Positions 32,975 to 41,393 of a stretch of DNA of 42,854 bases are shown here, piece by piece. Every line of letters begins with the position of its first letter. Position 1 is the stretch's first letter. The DNA comes from a virus: positions 1 to 42,854 of IMG/VR virus record IMGVR_UViG_3300017605_001089, one strand, 5' to 3'. The position numbers and the translations under genes are program-made. The notes under the pieces are model-generated. The model was not told the DNA's origin. It did no database searches and was given only the letters and a program-made list of their open reading frames with translations.

Positions 32975-35900
32975 TGGCGAGCCCGTTCCCGACCGCCGCG
33001 CTGGACCTCTGGCGGAGCCAGCGGCTCGAGGCCACGCTCGCCGTCCAGATCGACCTCACGGACCCGGGCGCGCGCACGGTGCGGATTGCCTACGCGAGCC
33101 TGAGCCCGGACCCGGCCGGCGGCGTTCACTTCGACCCGGCACTCGAGGACGCGGGCCCGATTGAGTGGCCGGGAGCCTTCCTGCAATCCACGATGCCGCA
33201 GGGCTCGTTCTCCTTCTCGGTGCTCGACGTCCAGCTTGCCGGGCAGCTTGCCGGCGAAACGGCCGGGAAGCTCTTCGCGCAGTACCGGTGGCAGGGCGCG
33301 CGCGTGACGGCGTGGATCCTCGGCGGAGGCCTGACGTGGGCGAACCGCGCGCAGGTTTTCGCCGGCCGGATCGAGGGCTTCCGGGCCACGCTCGGGCGCA
33401 TCGAGGTCGATTGCCTGCAACGCAACGACTGGAACGCGCTCATCGTTCCCGAGTTCGCCAGCGCGTCCAAGTATCCACGCATTCCGCAGAAGAACATCGG
33501 CGCGCCGATCCCGATCCTGATCGGCCGGGGCGCCGGGCAGGGACTCCGCGGCGTCTACGCGCGCGGGCTCGGGACCGACCGCAACCTCTTCGACCACGGC
33601 GGCGGCGCGATCCCGACGCTGAAGGGCGTCCTCGTGGACACCGGCCGAGGCGGGGCGGCCGGCGCGAAGGCGCGCGTCCTCTTCGCCTCGCACGCGATGG
33701 CGAGCCTCGGCGCCGGCACGGCCGGGACGAACTTCTTCGCGCGCCCGGGCTCAGGCGGTGACGCTCCGGCCGTGGTGAACCCTGCCGGCGGCGACATTTT
33801 CAACGCCGCGACCGGCTCGGGAATGACGATCCCGGACGAGGCCGGCACGCATTGGGTTCCCATCTTCTGCACCGAGGTCGCGGCCATCGCGAACACGGCG
33901 GACAACCCGCGGAGCATCCTCGACCCGGCGGACGAGGTTCGCTTCTCCAAGATCGAAAAGACCGGCGGCTACTACTACCTGCGCGGCCTGCTCCCGGACG
34001 TGACGCCGCTCGGGCAGCTTCTCGAGGTCTGGGTCGTCTGCTCCTACACGTCCTTTGCCAGCATCGGGGACATTCGGATCCAGTTCGAGCGGACCGGCGT
34101 CGGCAATCAGCTTTACACGCCGGCCATCAACAGTACGAAGTTCGAGTCGAATCAGGTCACGCCGGCGGGCGGCCTCTACACGAGCGACTGGCAGTTCTCG
34201 AAGAACACGCTCGCGGTCGTGTTCCAAGTCCCGGCGAACGCGGGAAACAACGGCGTCAAGTTCTACGTTCGGACGCTGAACCTGCTCGTGAAGTACCGGC
34301 CCGAGCAGAAGTTCATCCGGTACGGGAAGGAGTGGGTCGGCTTCGGCGCGCCGTCCTTCCTCGGGCCGCCCTCAGGCGTGGAGGTTCGCGGCGTTGGCGC
34401 GGACCGGCAGATCCTCATCGAGACCGCGATTACCGAACTCGAGGGCGACTTCTACGCGAACGGCAACGGGCCCGCGGACGATGGCGGCGGAACGTACACG
34501 GGCGCCGCGGCCGCGCTGATCGAACGGGCCCCGGACATTGCCCACTACCTCCTGCGAACCTACGGAGCGCAGAGCGCCGGGCAGATCGAGACCGGCGTCG
34601 GCGTCCACGGCTCGTTCGCGGACGCGCGCGCGAAGCTGAAGACGTGGAACGGCCGGGACATGACGCACCTGCTCGCCGTGGACTCCTCGCAGCCGGTCTC
34701 GGACGCGCTCGAGAAGCTCGCGCGCGAGTCCTGCTCGGGCGTGTTCATCTCCCGCTTCTCGGACAAGCTCAAGTGGGTTCCCTTCGAGCGCTCGCCGTCC
34801 GTGAACTACAGCCTGAAGATCGAACCCGAGCACGTCCTCGGCCCCGAGCTTCTGCGCGTGGAGTCGATGGCCGGCTCGAAGCTGCTCTCGAACGTTCGCA
34901 TCGCCTACCTCTGGGACGCCTTCCGCGCGAAGTTCGCCGGCGATTGCTCGGCGACGCCGGGCTTCTCGAGCGCCGGGTACTCGTGGCTCGGACTGCGCGA
35001 CCAGCACCTGACGGTGGTTACGGGCGAGAACGATAAACTCGACTGGCATGTCCCGGGGCCCACGGCCTACACGGCCACGCTCACGGCCGGCGACTACGAC
35101 CCGTGGAGCTTTGCGAAGCATATCGCGGCGCAGATGAACGCAACGCCTGAGGACTGCATCGTCCACTACGGGCCGCGCGTGGAGACCGGGTACAACGACC
35201 GGCTGGACTTCAACGACGGCGCGAACAAGACGGCCATCATCGCGCAGGCGGACTACGCCAGCATGGAGGCGCTCGCCGTGGCGGTGGCCGCGGCCATGAA
35301 CGCCGTTTCTACGAACTGGACCGTCGTCTACTCGAGGACGACGAAGAAGTTCACGATTGACCGGACCGTCGCGAACAAGACGATCCTCGGCCCGGGCGCG
35401 AGCTTCGCGACTTCGATCAAGGGCGCGCTCGGCCTGCTCGGCCTCGCGAACATCGCGTGCCCGGCGGTGAGCGAGCACGAGGTCGAGGAGGAGCGCTTCG
35501 TCGTGTGCGACATGACGGCGAACCTCTTCCTCGACATTGAGACCGGGGCGAACGGGCTCAACGCCGCAACGCCTCGCGGTTGCTGGCCGCTGCTCGGCTT
35601 CGACGGCACGCGCGACACCGAGCCGCCGACGGCGAACTCCACGAGCGCGGTCGCGGACTGCCCGAAGGGCACGCGCGAGCGCACGCTGGCCGGCGTGGCG
35701 GCGAAGTACGGGGCCCGGCGCGAAATGACGCTGCAGGCGAAAACGATCCTCGACACGGACACGGCGCGCGAGGTCCGGAACCGGTACATCGACCTCGGCG
35801 CGGAGCCGCGCGCGGTGGTCTCGTTCCGCTCGCTGCTCGTGCCGGACCTCGAGCTTTACCAAGTCATTGAGTTCTCGAGCCGCTTCGATTCGCTCGTGCG

Positions 35901-36018
35901 CTACACTGAGGCCGGCTCCGATGGCTCGTGGGCTGGCAAGAAGTTCTGGGTCGTGGACGGCCGGACGCACGTCAGGCCGAACAAGTGGGAAACCGAAGTC
36001 GTCTGCGTGCGCGCCTGA
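32974..36018 (+). CDS. Tail tip / host-specificity protein (1014 aa)
   Basis: Largest tail gene. GTG start in a TAGTG overlap with the upstream stop. Called by position. Confidence 0.6.
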   Translation: MASPFPTAALDLWRSQRLEATLAVQIDLTDPGARTVRIAYASLSPDPAGGVHFDPALEDAGPIEWPGAFLQSTMPQGSFSFSVLDVQLAGQLAGETAGKLFAQYRWQGARVTAWILGGGLTWANRAQVFAGRIEGFRATLGRIEVDCLQRNDWNALIVPEFASASKYPRIPQKNIGAPIPILIGRGAGQGLRGVYARGLGTDRNLFDHGGGAIPTLKGVLVDTGRGGAAGAKARVLFASHAMASLGAGTAGTNFFARPGSGGDAPAVVNPAGGDIFNAATGSGMTIPDEAGTHWVPIFCTEVAAIANTADNPRSILDPADEVRFSKIEKTGGYYYLRGLLPDVTPLGQLLEVWVVCSYTSFASIGDIRIQFERTGVGNQLYTPAINSTKFESNQVTPAGGLYTSDWQFSKNTLAVVFQVPANAGNNGVKFYVRTLNLLVKYRPEQKFIRYGKEWVGFGAPSFLGPPSGVEVRGVGADRQILIETAITELEGDFYANGNGPADDGGGTYTGAAAALIERAPDIAHYLLRTYGAQSAGQIETGVGVHGSFADARAKLKTWNGRDMTHLLAVDSSQPVSDALEKLARESCSGVFISRFSDKLKWVPFERSPSVNYSLKIEPEHVLGPELLRVESMAGSKLLSNVRIAYLWDAFRAKFAGDCSATPGFSSAGYSWLGLRDQHLTVVTGENDKLDWHVPGPTAYTATLTAGDYDPWSFAKHIAAQMNATPEDCIVHYGPRVETGYNDRLDFNDGANKTAIIAQADYASMEALAVAVAAAMNAVSTNWTVVYSRTTKKFTIDRTVANKTILGPGASFATSIKGALGLLGLANIACPAVSEHEVEEERFVVCDMTANLFLDIETGANGLNAATPRGCWPLLGFDGTRDTEPPTANSTSAVADCPKGTRERTLAGVAAKYGARREMTLQAKTILDTDTAREVRNRYIDLGAEPRAVVSFRSLLVPDLELYQVIEFSSRFDSLVRYTEAGSDGSWAGKKFWVVDGRTHVRPNKWETEVVCVRA

Positions 36019-36036
36019 GCGCGGAGGGGAGGCAAG

Positions 36037-36471
36037 ATGCGAATCGTAGAAGGAATCATCCGGCCGGCGGCGGCACTTGGCGGGCAGGAGTTCGGCACGC
36101 CAGTTCGCATTCTCGGCGCGCATTGGGTCGCCTTCGTGTTCCGGTCGCCGAGCGTGGACGCGAAGCAACTCAGCGCGGCAACAATCGAGATCATTGAGGA
36201 CCCTATCCCGCCTACCGCCGCCGTCTGGAAGAACCCGGCGACGCCGGGCTACTCGACGCGCGGGACGGCTATCACGGCACGGCTCGACGTTGGCGGCGAG
36301 ATCATGACGCTTGCAACGTCGAACGCCTCGAGCCCGGAAGTGATCTCGTTCGGCTTCGCGCGCTACAACATCACGCCTGCGACCTCGATTGACAATCTCG
36401 AGGTCCTCGCGCGCGTGTGTTTCCCGCACAACCTGACGCGCGTCCCGGACCTGACTCAGCTTCTCCGGTAA
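36037..36471 (+). CDS. Hypothetical tail-associated protein
   Basis: ATG after GGAGGGGAGG. Confidence 0.6.
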   Translation: MRIVEGIIRPAAALGGQEFGTPVRILGAHWVAFVFRSPSVDAKQLSAATIEIIEDPIPPTAAVWKNPATPGYSTRGTAITARLDVGGEIMTLATSNASSPEVISFGFARYNITPATSIDNLEVLARVCFPHNLTRVPDLTQLLR

Positions 36472-36474
36472 GCC

Positions 36475-37164
36475 GTGGCGGTCCTGCTCCAAACCCTGCG
36501 GCCGCCGGGAGACCTCGGCGATCAGATCGACGCGACCTACGCGGAGCGCGCCGGGCTTTCCGACGGCACGCTCCGCTGCCCGATCATCGCCGTTCTCCTC
36601 GAGGACTTCACCGCGCCGTACATCGCGATTGAGTTCCTGCGCTTCTTCGCGCGCGTGTCGTGGTATTTCTTGGGGCCCGGGCCCGCGGACCCGCAGGCGT
36701 GGATACAGTGGCGCGTCAACGCCGGCACCTTCATCTCCTCCGACACAGTGTTCCCGCTCGGCGGCGTGGGCGTCTACTCGCAGATTGACGGCGCGATCGC
36801 GAGCGACCCGAACATCACGACGAACCCGAGCGGACTACCGTGGTCGCTCGCCGACGTGAACGGCTTGCAGATGCGCGGCTCGTTCTTCATTGACAGCAGC
36901 GGCACCGGCGAAATCACGAACGTTCAGGTCTCGGAAGTGTGGGCCGAGGTCTGGGGAACGCCTCCACCGACCGCCACGCCGAAGATCCGCGGCGCCGGCG
37001 TCGTGAACCGGATCCGCGCCTCGGGCGAAGTCGGCTCGAAGATCTCCGGCGCAGGATCCGTGAACAAACTCCGCGGGGGCGGTATGCTCTCCTCGAAGCG
37101 GACGGTCGCCGGCGTGGTGAACAAGGTCCGCGCAGTCGGCGTCGTGCGCGTGACGGAGGACTGA
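36475..37164 (+). CDS. Tail fibre-like protein with C-terminal G-x-V-N-K/R-hydrophobic-R repeats of about 10 residues
   Basis: GTG start. The C-terminus reads GAGVVNRIRAS GEVGSKISGA GSVNKLRGG ... GVVNKVRAV GVVRV. Confidence 0.5.
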   Translation: MAVLLQTLRPPGDLGDQIDATYAERAGLSDGTLRCPIIAVLLEDFTAPYIAIEFLRFFARVSWYFLGPGPADPQAWIQWRVNAGTFISSDTVFPLGGVGVYSQIDGAIASDPNITTNPSGLPWSLADVNGLQMRGSFFIDSSGTGEITNVQVSEVWAEVWGTPPPTATPKIRGAGVVNRIRASGEVGSKISGAGSVNKLRGGGMLSSKRTVAGVVNKVRAVGVVRVTED

Positions 37165-37529
37165 TGGCGAACGCTCCCGTTCCGGTGCTGCTCTTCGGCG
37201 AGTGGGTCTCGACCGACTCGCTTCGCTCGTTCGAGTACCAAGCGCTGAAGATTGACGGCACGGCCTACGATCTGACCGGCTACACGGTTCGCCTTCAGGG
37301 GCGATCGCAGGACAACCCGGCGAACAAGATAGACGTCGCCGGCACGGTGACGACGCCGCTCTCGGGCCTGAGCGAGTTCGCTCCCGTGGGAACGGCCCTG
37401 ACGCTGACGGCCGGGAAGCGGAAGGAGATCTACCGCTGCGAGATCGAGTACACGCGCACGGGCGACGGGAAGAAAGTTATCTCCGACCCGTTCGCGCTCG
37501 CCGTTCGCGCGGCCGTCCTGACCGTCTAG
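37164..37529 (+). CDS. Hypothetical tail-associated protein
   Basis: ATG in a TGATG overlap with the upstream stop. Confidence 0.6.
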   Translation: MANAPVPVLLFGEWVSTDSLRSFEYQALKIDGTAYDLTGYTVRLQGRSQDNPANKIDVAGTVTTPLSGLSEFAPVGTALTLTAGKRKEIYRCEIEYTRTGDGKKVISDPFALAVRAAVLTV

Positions 37530-37538
37530 GAGGCACCG

Positions 37539-37994
37539 ATGCCGGCGAACGACCCGCACTTCATCATGGTTCACCACTCGCTCACGGCGGACGGCGCGAC
37601 GGTTTCGTGGGCGGCGATTGAGCGCTACCACCGCGAGACGCAGAAGTGGGCGGACATTGGGTACCACGCCGGGCTCGAGCGCGTGGAGGCGGACCCGCAA
37701 AGCCCGGAGGCGTTCCAAGCGCTGATCGGCCGGCGCGAGGACTGGACGGCCGCGGCGTGTAAGGAAGGCGAGATGAACCGCCTCGCGCTGCACGTTTGCG
37801 TCGTGGGGAACTTCGACCTCGAGGCGCCGAGCGAGGCGCTACTCGCCCGGCTCTGCTCGCGGATCCTGCGGCCGTGGATGCACCGGTACCGGCTCCCGGC
37901 CTCGAGCATCGTCGGGCATCGGGACTACGCGCACTACAAAACCTGCCCGGGCAAGCTCTTCGATCTGGACGCACTTCGCCGGAGGCTCGCATGA
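37539..37994 (+). CDS. N-acetylmuramoyl-L-alanine amidase endolysin (Amidase_2 / T7-lysozyme type)
   Basis: IMVHHS, IGYHAG and VGHRDYAHYKTCPG match the Zn-ligand and catalytic pattern of T7 lysozyme/PGRP. AGGAGG lies upstream. Confidence 0.8.
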   Translation: MPANDPHFIMVHHSLTADGATVSWAAIERYHRETQKWADIGYHAGLERVEADPQSPEAFQALIGRREDWTAAACKEGEMNRLALHVCVVGNFDLEAPSEALLARLCSRILRPWMHRYRLPASSIVGHRDYAHYKTCPGKLFDLDALRRRLA

Positions 37995-38368
37995 GCACCA
38001 CGCTTGGGCCCGCGCCGCGCGAGAGCCGCTTCGACACGTTCGCGCGCCGGATGAACCTCTACACGGCGACCGTCGTTTCGGCCTGCACTCTGGTCGCGCT
38101 CTTCGGCATGCTCTCCTCGCGCGCGGTGGAGCGCGCAACGCGCACGCTCAGGGACGAGCAGACCGCGACGCGGGTTCAGGTGGAGGAACTGAAGCGGGAC
38201 CGGCGCACCGAGCAGCGACTCGACTCGCTTCGCTTCGAGAGAACGATGGCCATTGTCGAACTCGCCGTCTCTGCAATCGTGGAGCCGGCGGGCAGTCAGG
38301 AGAAGCGGGAGGCGCTGACCGAGCTTCGCCGCAAGCGCAGGATCTCGCCCCGGTCGTTGGAGGAATGA
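37991..38368 (+). CDS. Lysis-cassette membrane protein (N-terminal TM plus coiled coil; i-spanin- or antiholin-like)
   Basis: ATGA overlap start. TM segment LYTATVVSACTLVALFGMLSS followed by a charged helical region. Confidence 0.5.
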   Translation: MSTTLGPAPRESRFDTFARRMNLYTATVVSACTLVALFGMLSSRAVERATRTLRDEQTATRVQVEELKRDRRTEQRLDSLRFERTMAIVELAVSAIVEPAGSQEKREALTELRRKRRISPRSLEE

Positions 38369-38748
38369 TGGACTTCCGCTCGCTGCTCGCGCTCGTGAAC
38401 GACCCGATACTGAAGCCGCTCCTACTCATCTTCGGCGGCGTGCTCCTGAAGAAGTGGGAGCCGTTCTTCAACCGTGCCATCCCGGTCGTGCTGGCGACGT
38501 GCTCGGCGCTCGTGAGCCTGCTCGCGGCGCTCTTCCCGGCGCTCGTGCCGGACGCCTCGCCGGCGTTCTTCGTCGCCGGCTACATCGCGCCGGCCGGCTT
38601 CGTGGCCTCGGCCGCGGCCGTCTGGGCGAGCCCTATCGTCTCGGCGCTCGTGCCGGTCTGGCTCGCCTCCGGGATGCAATCCACGGCGAAGAACACGCGC
38701 CAGTGGGCGAAGGCCGGCTGGACGATCTGGACGGCCGCCGGGCGCTGA
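38365..38748 (+). CDS. Holin-like multi-pass membrane protein
   Basis: ATGA overlap start. Three or four hydrophobic segments. It is the last + strand gene of the late operon, next to the endolysin. Confidence 0.6.
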   Translation: MMDFRSLLALVNDPILKPLLLIFGGVLLKKWEPFFNRAIPVVLATCSALVSLLAALFPALVPDASPAFFVAGYIAPAGFVASAAAVWASPIVSALVPVWLASGMQSTAKNTRQWAKAGWTIWTAAGR

Positions 38749-38803
38749 CGGCTCGAGGCACAAGCGGCCCGGCTCGCGCGAGGGGCGGGACGGGAACGAC
38801 GGG

Positions 38804-38827
38804 GCCCCGGGAGCTTGCTCCCGGGGC
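38804..38827 (+). terminator. GC-rich hairpin (10-bp stem, CTTG loop) ending the late operon
   Basis: GCCCCGGGAG cttg CTCCCGGGGC, in the convergent intergenic region. Confidence 0.55.
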
Positions 38828-38894
38828 TTCCCGGCCTCTACCGCGGGCCCTCGCCAGAAGGCCGCCTGCGTTCCTAGCATCGGCGTGGCGGCCA

Positions 38895-38926
38895 CCGGGC
38901 CCCGCGAGGCCTACGACGGGGCCCGG
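38895..38926 (-). terminator. GC-rich hairpin (9-bp stem, 14-nt loop) ending the minus-strand cassette
   Basis: CCGGGCCCC (38895-38903) pairs with GGGGCCCGG (38918-38926), 2 nt beyond the minus-strand stop codon. Confidence 0.45.
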
Positions 38927-38928
38927 CG

Positions 38929-39501
38929 TCAGGCCCCGGGCTTGGCGGCGAACCCTCGGGCCCGAAGCTCGAGGAACCGGGCGGCCATCGCGGCGCGCTG
39001 CTCCGGGCTCACCTTCCGGCGCTTGCACCACCGGACCTTCTCGCGCCGGTAGCCTTCGCGGAGGTTCTTCTCGGCGGACGGCCCGAGGAACATTGCGACC
39101 AGCTTCAGGTAGCAGGCCGCGTACTCGCGCCCGTGCCCGGCGTCCTTAGGCGTGAGAACGTGCGCGAGTTCGTGCAGGATCACGTCGGACCGCCAAGCCC
39201 AACGCGGAAGCCGGATGATGCTCGAGCCGTTCGGCACGCACGCGGCGCCGCGGTGCTTCGCCACGATGGCCGCGGACCGCCGGCCCCACCGGCCTTGAAA
39301 CTTCCGCGAGCAGAGCACGGCCAGCAGGTACGCTTGGCAGGCCTCGAGCGTCTCGAACTCCTGCCGGAACATGACGAGCCCGGCTTCGGCGGCGTAGAGC
39401 CTCGAGCGCTGCGAGTCCCGCGGCCGCGCCGGCTTCCGCTTCGCGCCGGCCGCCGGCCGCGGCTCGAACCAGAGCCCTTGCCGGGTCGAGGTCGCGGTCA
39501 C
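38929..39501 (-). CDS. HExxH zinc metallopeptidase, SprT-like (possibly TIGR04338/Rv0185-like)
   Basis: ILHELAHVLTPKDAGHGREY is the SprT-type HELAH...HG.E(F/Y/W) signature. DSQRSRLYAAE lies near the N-terminus. GTG start in a GTGA overlap. Confidence 0.6.
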   Translation of the reverse strand: MTATSTRQGLWFEPRPAAGAKRKPARPRDSQRSRLYAAEAGLVMFRQEFETLEACQAYLLAVLCSRKFQGRWGRRSAAIVAKHRGAACVPNGSSIIRLPRWAWRSDVILHELAHVLTPKDAGHGREYAACYLKLVAMFLGPSAEKNLREGYRREKVRWCKRRKVSPEQRAAMAARFLELRARGFAAKPGA

Positions 39502-39698
39502 CGGGCCCTCCCGTCCGCGGCCGCGAAAGCCGCCTCCCAAGACGAACCCTCGCCGTGGATCTCGAAGCCCTTCGCTCCCCATTCCCCGACCTGATACGCG
39601 CGCGCGCCGTCGTTCCCGCCGGCGTGGTGGACCTCCACGCGACCGAACGCGCGACCCCAACGGAGCCGCGCCTCCTCGAGAGCCTGAGCGCGGGTCAC
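39498..39698 (-). CDS. Small hypothetical protein (66 aa)
   Basis: GTGA overlaps at both ends. The part of the listed ORF upstream of the GTG is Arg-rich shadow sequence. Confidence 0.5.
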   Translation of the reverse strand: MTRAQALEEARLRWGRAFGRVEVHHAGGNDGARAYQVGEWGAKGFEIHGEGSSWEAAFAAADGRAR

Positions 39699-39928
39699 TG
39701 GCGGGCCGCCTTCTTCGCCGCTCGAGCCGCGGCGCGCTCCGCGATCACGCGCTCGCCCGCGGCAAGCTCCGCGCGCGTGAGCACCTTCCCGAGCGGGAGC
39801 GAGAGCGCGAGGCGCCGCGGACTGCGGAGCCGGCGGAACGTGATCACGCCTCCGGGCTCGAGGGCGACGACGTACTTCCTGCCGCGCAGGTCGACCACGC
39901 GCTCGAGCCTCTTCGCGAGCGGCGTCAC
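39695..39928 (-). CDS. Small hypothetical protein (77 aa)
   Basis: GTG start at 39928 in a GTGA overlap. Alternative GTG at 39937. Confidence 0.5.
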   Translation of the reverse strand: MTPLAKRLERVVDLRGRKYVVALEPGGVITFRRLRSPRRLALSLPLGKVLTRAELAAGERVIAERAAARAAKKAARQ

Positions 39929-40167
39929 TTCGCACACTCCGCGCCGCTCTTCAGGTCAAGCGACTCGAGCGTGGCCGCCACGTCGAGGAGCCACGCCGCG
40001 TAGGCGCGGAACTCCTCGGCCGTTCCCCAGATCGGCCCGGACGCCGAACCGCGCGCGCGGCCGTCGCGGTAGTGCAGCCCGAACTGAAGCCGGGCGGTCG
40101 TGTTGCACTTCGAGATCATCGGCCCGCGAACGTATCCGCCGACCTTGAGCTTGAGCACCTTCGCCAT
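39925..40167 (-). CDS. Small hypothetical protein (80 aa)
   Basis: ATG 40167 lies 7-8 nt after AAGGAGA. Alternative ATG at 40173. Confidence 0.55.
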   Translation of the reverse strand: MAKVLKLKVGGYVRGPMISKCNTTARLQFGLHYRDGRARGSASGPIWGTAEEFRAYAAWLLDVAATLESLDLKSGAECAK

Positions 40168-40194
40168 CGCCATTCTCCTTCTCGGTGAGAGTGC

Positions 40195-40219
40195 GGGGCC
40201 CGGGCGCTTCCCGGGCCCC
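40195..40219 (-). terminator. Intercistronic GC-rich hairpin (10-bp perfect stem, 5-nt loop) inside the minus-strand cassette
   Basis: GGGGCCCGGG cgctt CCCGGGCCCC, between the first and second genes of the cassette. Confidence 0.45.
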
Positions 40220-40226
40220 GGCGCTG

Positions 40227-40604
40227 CTACTCGGTGAAGCCCTGCCAGTCGCACGGAGCCGAGTTCGCGTCCGCGCGGAACTGCGGCGCGCCGAACTGCG
40301 AACACTGGATCCAGCCGGCGAGGCTCAGGTTCACGCGGACCGCGCGCCCGCACTTCGGGCACTTGTTCGCCGCGTAGGCCGCGCGCGCTTCGGCGTGAGC
40401 CGCTTCGATCCGCTCGGCGCTGAAGATCTCAGCGCCGGCGTTGATCGCCGCGTCGGCCTGCCGCGTGGTGGAAACGCCGCTCATGGTGAGCGAGATCGTG
40501 GAGGCGCCTTCGCCGTGCTTCGTGTTCCGAAGGTACGCCTCGCGGCAAACCTGCTCGCCGTAGAGCTTGATCGCCTGCGCCGTCTTCCGCGTGAGCTTGT
40601 TCAT
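40227..40604 (-). CDS. Hypothetical protein with a C-terminal Cys cluster (CPKCG...C...C)
   Basis: ATG 40604 follows the GAAGGAG of module P3. The longer listed ORF would run through the promoters. Confidence 0.65.
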   Translation of the reverse strand: MNKLTRKTAQAIKLYGEQVCREAYLRNTKHGEGASTISLTMSGVSTTRQADAAINAGAEIFSAERIEAAHAEARAAYAANKCPKCGRAVRVNLSLAGWIQCSQFGAPQFRADANSAPCDWQGFTE

Positions 40605-40701
40605 GTTCGCCGCTCCTTCTTCTGGGGGTTTCGCCCGCGGGCCCTTCCCGCTGACAAAAGAAGGATAGCATCCTCGGCCCCGGGGCGCAAGGGTTATTTT
40701 C
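40605..40701 (-). promoter_or_regulatory. Promoter-leader module P3 (minus strand)
   Basis: Reverse complement reads GAAAATAACCC TTGCGC (40690-40685), N17, TGC TATCCT (40667-40662), then GGGAAGGGCCC (40649-40639), GAAGGAG (40619-40613) and ATG 40604. Confidence 0.65.
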
Positions 40702-40705
40702 ACCC

Positions 40706-40805
40706 GCTCTAGAAGCGCCGAAAATAACACTTGCACCGGGTCGGCCCGGATGCTAGATTGTTCTCGTGCTCGGGAAGGGCCCGGGCCGAAACGAGGAGAA
40801 CGGCG
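40706..40805 (+). promoter_or_regulatory. Promoter-leader module P4
   Basis: TCTAGAAG and CGAAAATAAC. -35 TTGCAC 40731-40736, N17, -10 TGC TAGATT 40754-40759. GGGAAGGGCCC 40772-40782, SD AGGAG 40794-40798, ATG 40806. Confidence 0.65.
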
Positions 40806-41033
40806 ATGAAGAGAGGGAGCAAGCGGGCGACGCTCTGCGAGGTATGCGGCGAGGCGGTGTCGCACAAGTCCGGGATCGTAATCGGCCGCCGGCTCTCCGG
40901 GATCCCGCGCTTACTATGCGGCGCCCGGAAGTGCCTCAAGGTCTGGCAGGAGCGCGGGACCGAGATCGCGCGCGAGTGGCTCGAGAACCGGCCCGGCTCG
41001 CCCCCGCCATTCTGGAAGAAGGGCCGGCACTAG
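40806..41033 (+). CDS. Small Cys-containing (zinc-ribbon-like) early protein (75 aa)
   Basis: ATG follows module P4. Contains CEVCG...CGARKC. Confidence 0.65.
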   Translation: MKRGSKRATLCEVCGEAVSHKSGIVIGRRLSGIPRLLCGARKCLKVWQERGTEIAREWLENRPGSPPPFWKKGRH

Positions 41034-41129
41034 AACTGCCGAAAAATACCCTTGACCGGGGAGGCGCCCCGGTGCTACCTTGAAGTCGTCGCAGGGAAGG
41101 GCCCGGCGGCGAACACGGAGGAAACGAAG
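41034..41129 (+). promoter_or_regulatory. Promoter-leader module P5
   Basis: CTAGAA and CGAAAAATACCC. -35 TTGACC 41052-41057, N18, -10 TGC TACCTT 41076-41081. GGGAAGGGCCC 41094-41104, SD GGAGGA 41117-41122, ATG 41130. Confidence 0.65.
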
Positions 41130-41393
41130 ATGAGAAACGCGGCGAAGGTTTGGGTGGTGGAGCTTCGGGAGTTCAGCGAGTTCACCGAGGGGCGCGAGGT
41201 CGTGTACGAGACCACGCTTCACTCGCTCCTGCTTCAGACGAAGGGCGGCCTCGAGCTTGACGCCTTCGAGACCTTCTTCGGCGAGTACGCGGAGCGCGAC
41301 GCGCACGAGTTCGCGGTTCAGGAACTCCGGAAGCGCGCGAAGAACGTCGAGCGGCTCATCAACGCCGTGCAGTTCTTGGGCGGCCGGTCGTGA
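41130..41393 (+). CDS. Hypothetical early protein (87 aa)
   Basis: ATG follows module P5. Confidence 0.7.
   Translation: MRNAAKVWVVELREFSEFTEGREVVYETTLHSLLLQTKGGLELDAFETFFGEYAERDAHEFAVQELRKRAKNVERLINAVQFLGGRS

Noticed and set aside
38749-38928. The convergent intergenic region considered as a CsrB-like multi-GGA sponge RNA or attP
   Set aside because: It contains only a few GGA motifs, none in repeated hairpin-loop contexts. The sequence is fully accounted for by two terminator-like hairpins.
40605-40865. Upstream extension of minus-strand ORF 40227..40865. Likewise 39502..39660 for ORF 38929..39660, and 39699..39935 for ORF 39498..39935.
   Set aside because: The extension would read through both divergent promoter modules and has poor composition. 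ATG 40604 sits directly behind the module SD.
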